Shown here piece by piece: positions 60,568-62,216 of a stretch of DNA of 62,216 bases. Source of the stretch: Halocafeteria seosinensis (lineage: Eukaryota); NCBI GenBank assembly GCA_001687465.1, contig LVLI01000097.1, positions 62,001 through 124,216 on the forward strand, written 5' to 3'. Made by a program: the position numbers and the translations under genes. The notes beneath the pieces are model-generated. The model was not told the DNA's origin, ran no database searches, and saw only the letters and a program-made list of their open reading frames with translations. How positions within the stretch are numbered: the first letter of the stretch is position 1; the number at the start of each line of letters is the position of its first letter.

Positions 60568-61212
60568 GCGGTCAGTACCCAGACTGCTTTGGTTCGGCAT
60601 GTATTTCGAAGCAACAGAGAGAGGAGCAAAAGGCTCCTTTGTCAATGAAGGACTGAATTCTGCGACAGAGCAAAGTCCTTGATCCCTACTGCAGTAACCT
60701 CTGACTATTTTCTTCATTGAGTGGCCCAGCTGGTCCGCGCGTTTACGTTTCAGATACATGTAGAAGCATTTTTGATAGGGAACCGTAATGCACGTAGTTC
60801 TCTGCTAAATAGTGGAGGTCTTCCATTCATGCTACTCGCACTTCCTCCACCCCACCTATTCACGGTCTTTATTATGTAAGTATGTTGGAAGGATCCGATA
60901 CAGTACCTGAAATTCCACCATGCCGCATCAAAAGTCTACTAGCGCATTATCATAAGGAAATGACATGCAAATGACGCACTCCGCGTGTATTCCATTCATA
61001 CTATTCACATTCATCCATCTCGTTCATCAGCTTAGCTCTTGTTGTGTGTTAAAGACTTCTCCCCCTTCAAGTATTCAGCTCACTCACCAGAAGTTCAAGT
61101 CCAGTGGACTCCGATTGAGTGGAGAGATACTTTCATATATAAATTTCTATTGCTTTGTTCACCTAAGACTCTGTAGCGAAGGGATGGGAAAATTAATGTT
61201 CGTTCAATTGAC

Positions 61213-62216
61213 ATGGTGATGTGGAGTCCATCAAAGAAACGAGTGGAAACTTCTAGGCAGCATCCAAGGGACAGCCTTAAGTGTTTGGACGTATATCTGC
61301 GATGGTTTCAACTGCGTGTTCTACAAGGATTGGATTTGGATGATGTGGTGTCATATTGGGAAGACGTAGAGAGAGGAGGCATCCCAATGGAACGACCAGC
61401 AGCCATGCCAGGAATCCCTAGATTTCTCCCGTGGCCTAAGTGTGCAATACATGCGCGTACCGTTTACAATGATCTATCAAGATGTCCCAATTTTGGAGGG
61501 AGGGTCAACTTTGCTACTCGGCAGAATAAGTTCCAAACAGTCTTATCATCATTCCTATCCTATCAAGAACGTCAACGACGTCAAGATCCTACATTGCTAC
61601 AAGACGTATTTGCACATTTTCCGTCCCCACTGCTCCACTTGGAAATTGGACTTGGCATGCATCCCCGGATAAACGATGAAGATTTTCGACACTTTTCCAA
61701 TCTTCTGTCACTGGATTTTAGCCAATGGCGTCTAACGACGATTACCAATGCTGCATTTTCTCATCTTTCTCATTTGACATCCTTAAAGATGATGTGGTGC
61801 GGTCCATCGACAATAGATGACGCAGCTTTTTCTCATTTGCCCAGTGTAACGAACCTGAACATCACTGTGTGCTTGCAAATGACCGATAATGCATTCCGCC
61901 ATCTCTCAGCCTTGCGAACCCTGCAAATGAAAGGGAATACTCAGACGACAATTACAGACAACGCTTTCTCCCATCTCGTCAATCTTCAGTATCTAAACAT
62001 GAGTCGTTGTAATCAATCGACGATTACAAACAAGGCATTCAGTCATCTTTCGGCGATAAAAGGACTGTACATGAGTGCATGTAATCAAACAACCATAGGC
62101 AACGAAGCATTTCGTCACTTGGGACACCTACAGGAGCTGAGCCTTAGCACGTGTGATCAGAGTACAATCACTGACGCGGGATTTGCTTTCCTTTCAAGGC
62201 TAACCTTCCTTGATAT
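61213..62216 (+). CDS. Intronless leucine-rich-repeat protein, copy 2 (runs off the window end; absent from the ORF track)
   Basis: Open frame from ATG 61213 to the window end. Homologous N-terminus (C...YL.WFQL.V..G.DLD..VSYWE, L.WP.CAI), then the same LRRs as copy 1. Confidence 0.88.
   Translation, partial: MVMWSPSKKRVETSRQHPRDSLKCLDVYLRWFQLRVLQGLDLDDVVSYWEDVERGGIPMERPAAMPGIPRFLPWPKCAIHARTVYNDLSRCPNFGGRVNFATRQNKFQTVLSSFLSYQERQRRQDPTLLQDVFAHFPSPLLHLEIGLGMHPRINDEDFRHFSNLLSLDFSQWRLTTITNAAFSHLSHLTSLKMMWCGPSTIDDAAFSHLPSVTNLNITVCLQMTDNAFRHLSALRTLQMKGNTQTTITDNAFSHLVNLQYLNMSRCNQSTITNKAFSHLSAIKGLYMSACNQTTIGNEAFRHLGHLQELSLSTCDQSTITDAGFAFLSRLTFLD

Noticed and set aside
1..62216. Most short ORFs in the supplied track
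   Set aside because: They are antisense or off-frame shadows of the spliced genes, or they run into introns; no independent motifs.
1..62216. Alternative genetic code or non-canonical introns
   Set aside because: The conserved genes I traced could be spliced with ordinary GT-AG introns and have no in-frame stops; TAA, TAG and TGA all serve as terminators.
1..62216. CRISPR array, rRNA or tRNA genes
   Set aside because: No regularly spaced repeat-spacer array and no recognisable rRNA or cloverleaf found by eye; tRNAscan-SE and Infernal were not run.
59634..62216. Diversity-generating retroelement (TR/VR pair) explaining the LRR differences
   Set aside because: The differences are not adenine-specific, both copies are coding, and no DGR reverse transcriptase is present in the window.

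Overview
Gene-dense eukaryotic genomic DNA using the standard code, with short GT-AG introns (mostly 50-110 nt). The gene content (IFT70, a TTLL tubulin glutamylase, cycloartenol-type oxidosqualene cyclase, mitochondrial TypA and PEPCK) fits a flagellated protist, possibly a stramenopile; that is an inference. I built spliced models by hand for about 20 genes, including GTP-type PEPCK, TTLL, ESF1, Rpt2, an SCY1-like pseudokinase, NOL12/RRP17, OSC, a METTL21-type methyltransferase, IFT70, a GT4 glycosyltransferase, CNNM/DUF21 and TypA. Between them lies a fast-turnover, conflict-like accessory layer. (1) An intact, intronless 921-aa P-loop NTPase + PD-(D/E)xK nuclease gene of Crinkler/RHS (CR) type directly behind a decayed Helitron Rep fragment. 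(2) Two more decayed CR-NTPase copies. (3) A tandem ankyrin family with one repeat per phase-0 exon, plus a deleted third copy. (4) Tandem LRR genes with an identical tract beside repeats that differ almost only at variable positions. (5) A 5'-truncated CRE-like non-LTR retrotransposon with a (TG)n tail. (6) An internally deleted OSC duplicate. I recognised no rRNA, tRNA or CRISPR array. All family calls come from motif recognition by eye, not database searches.
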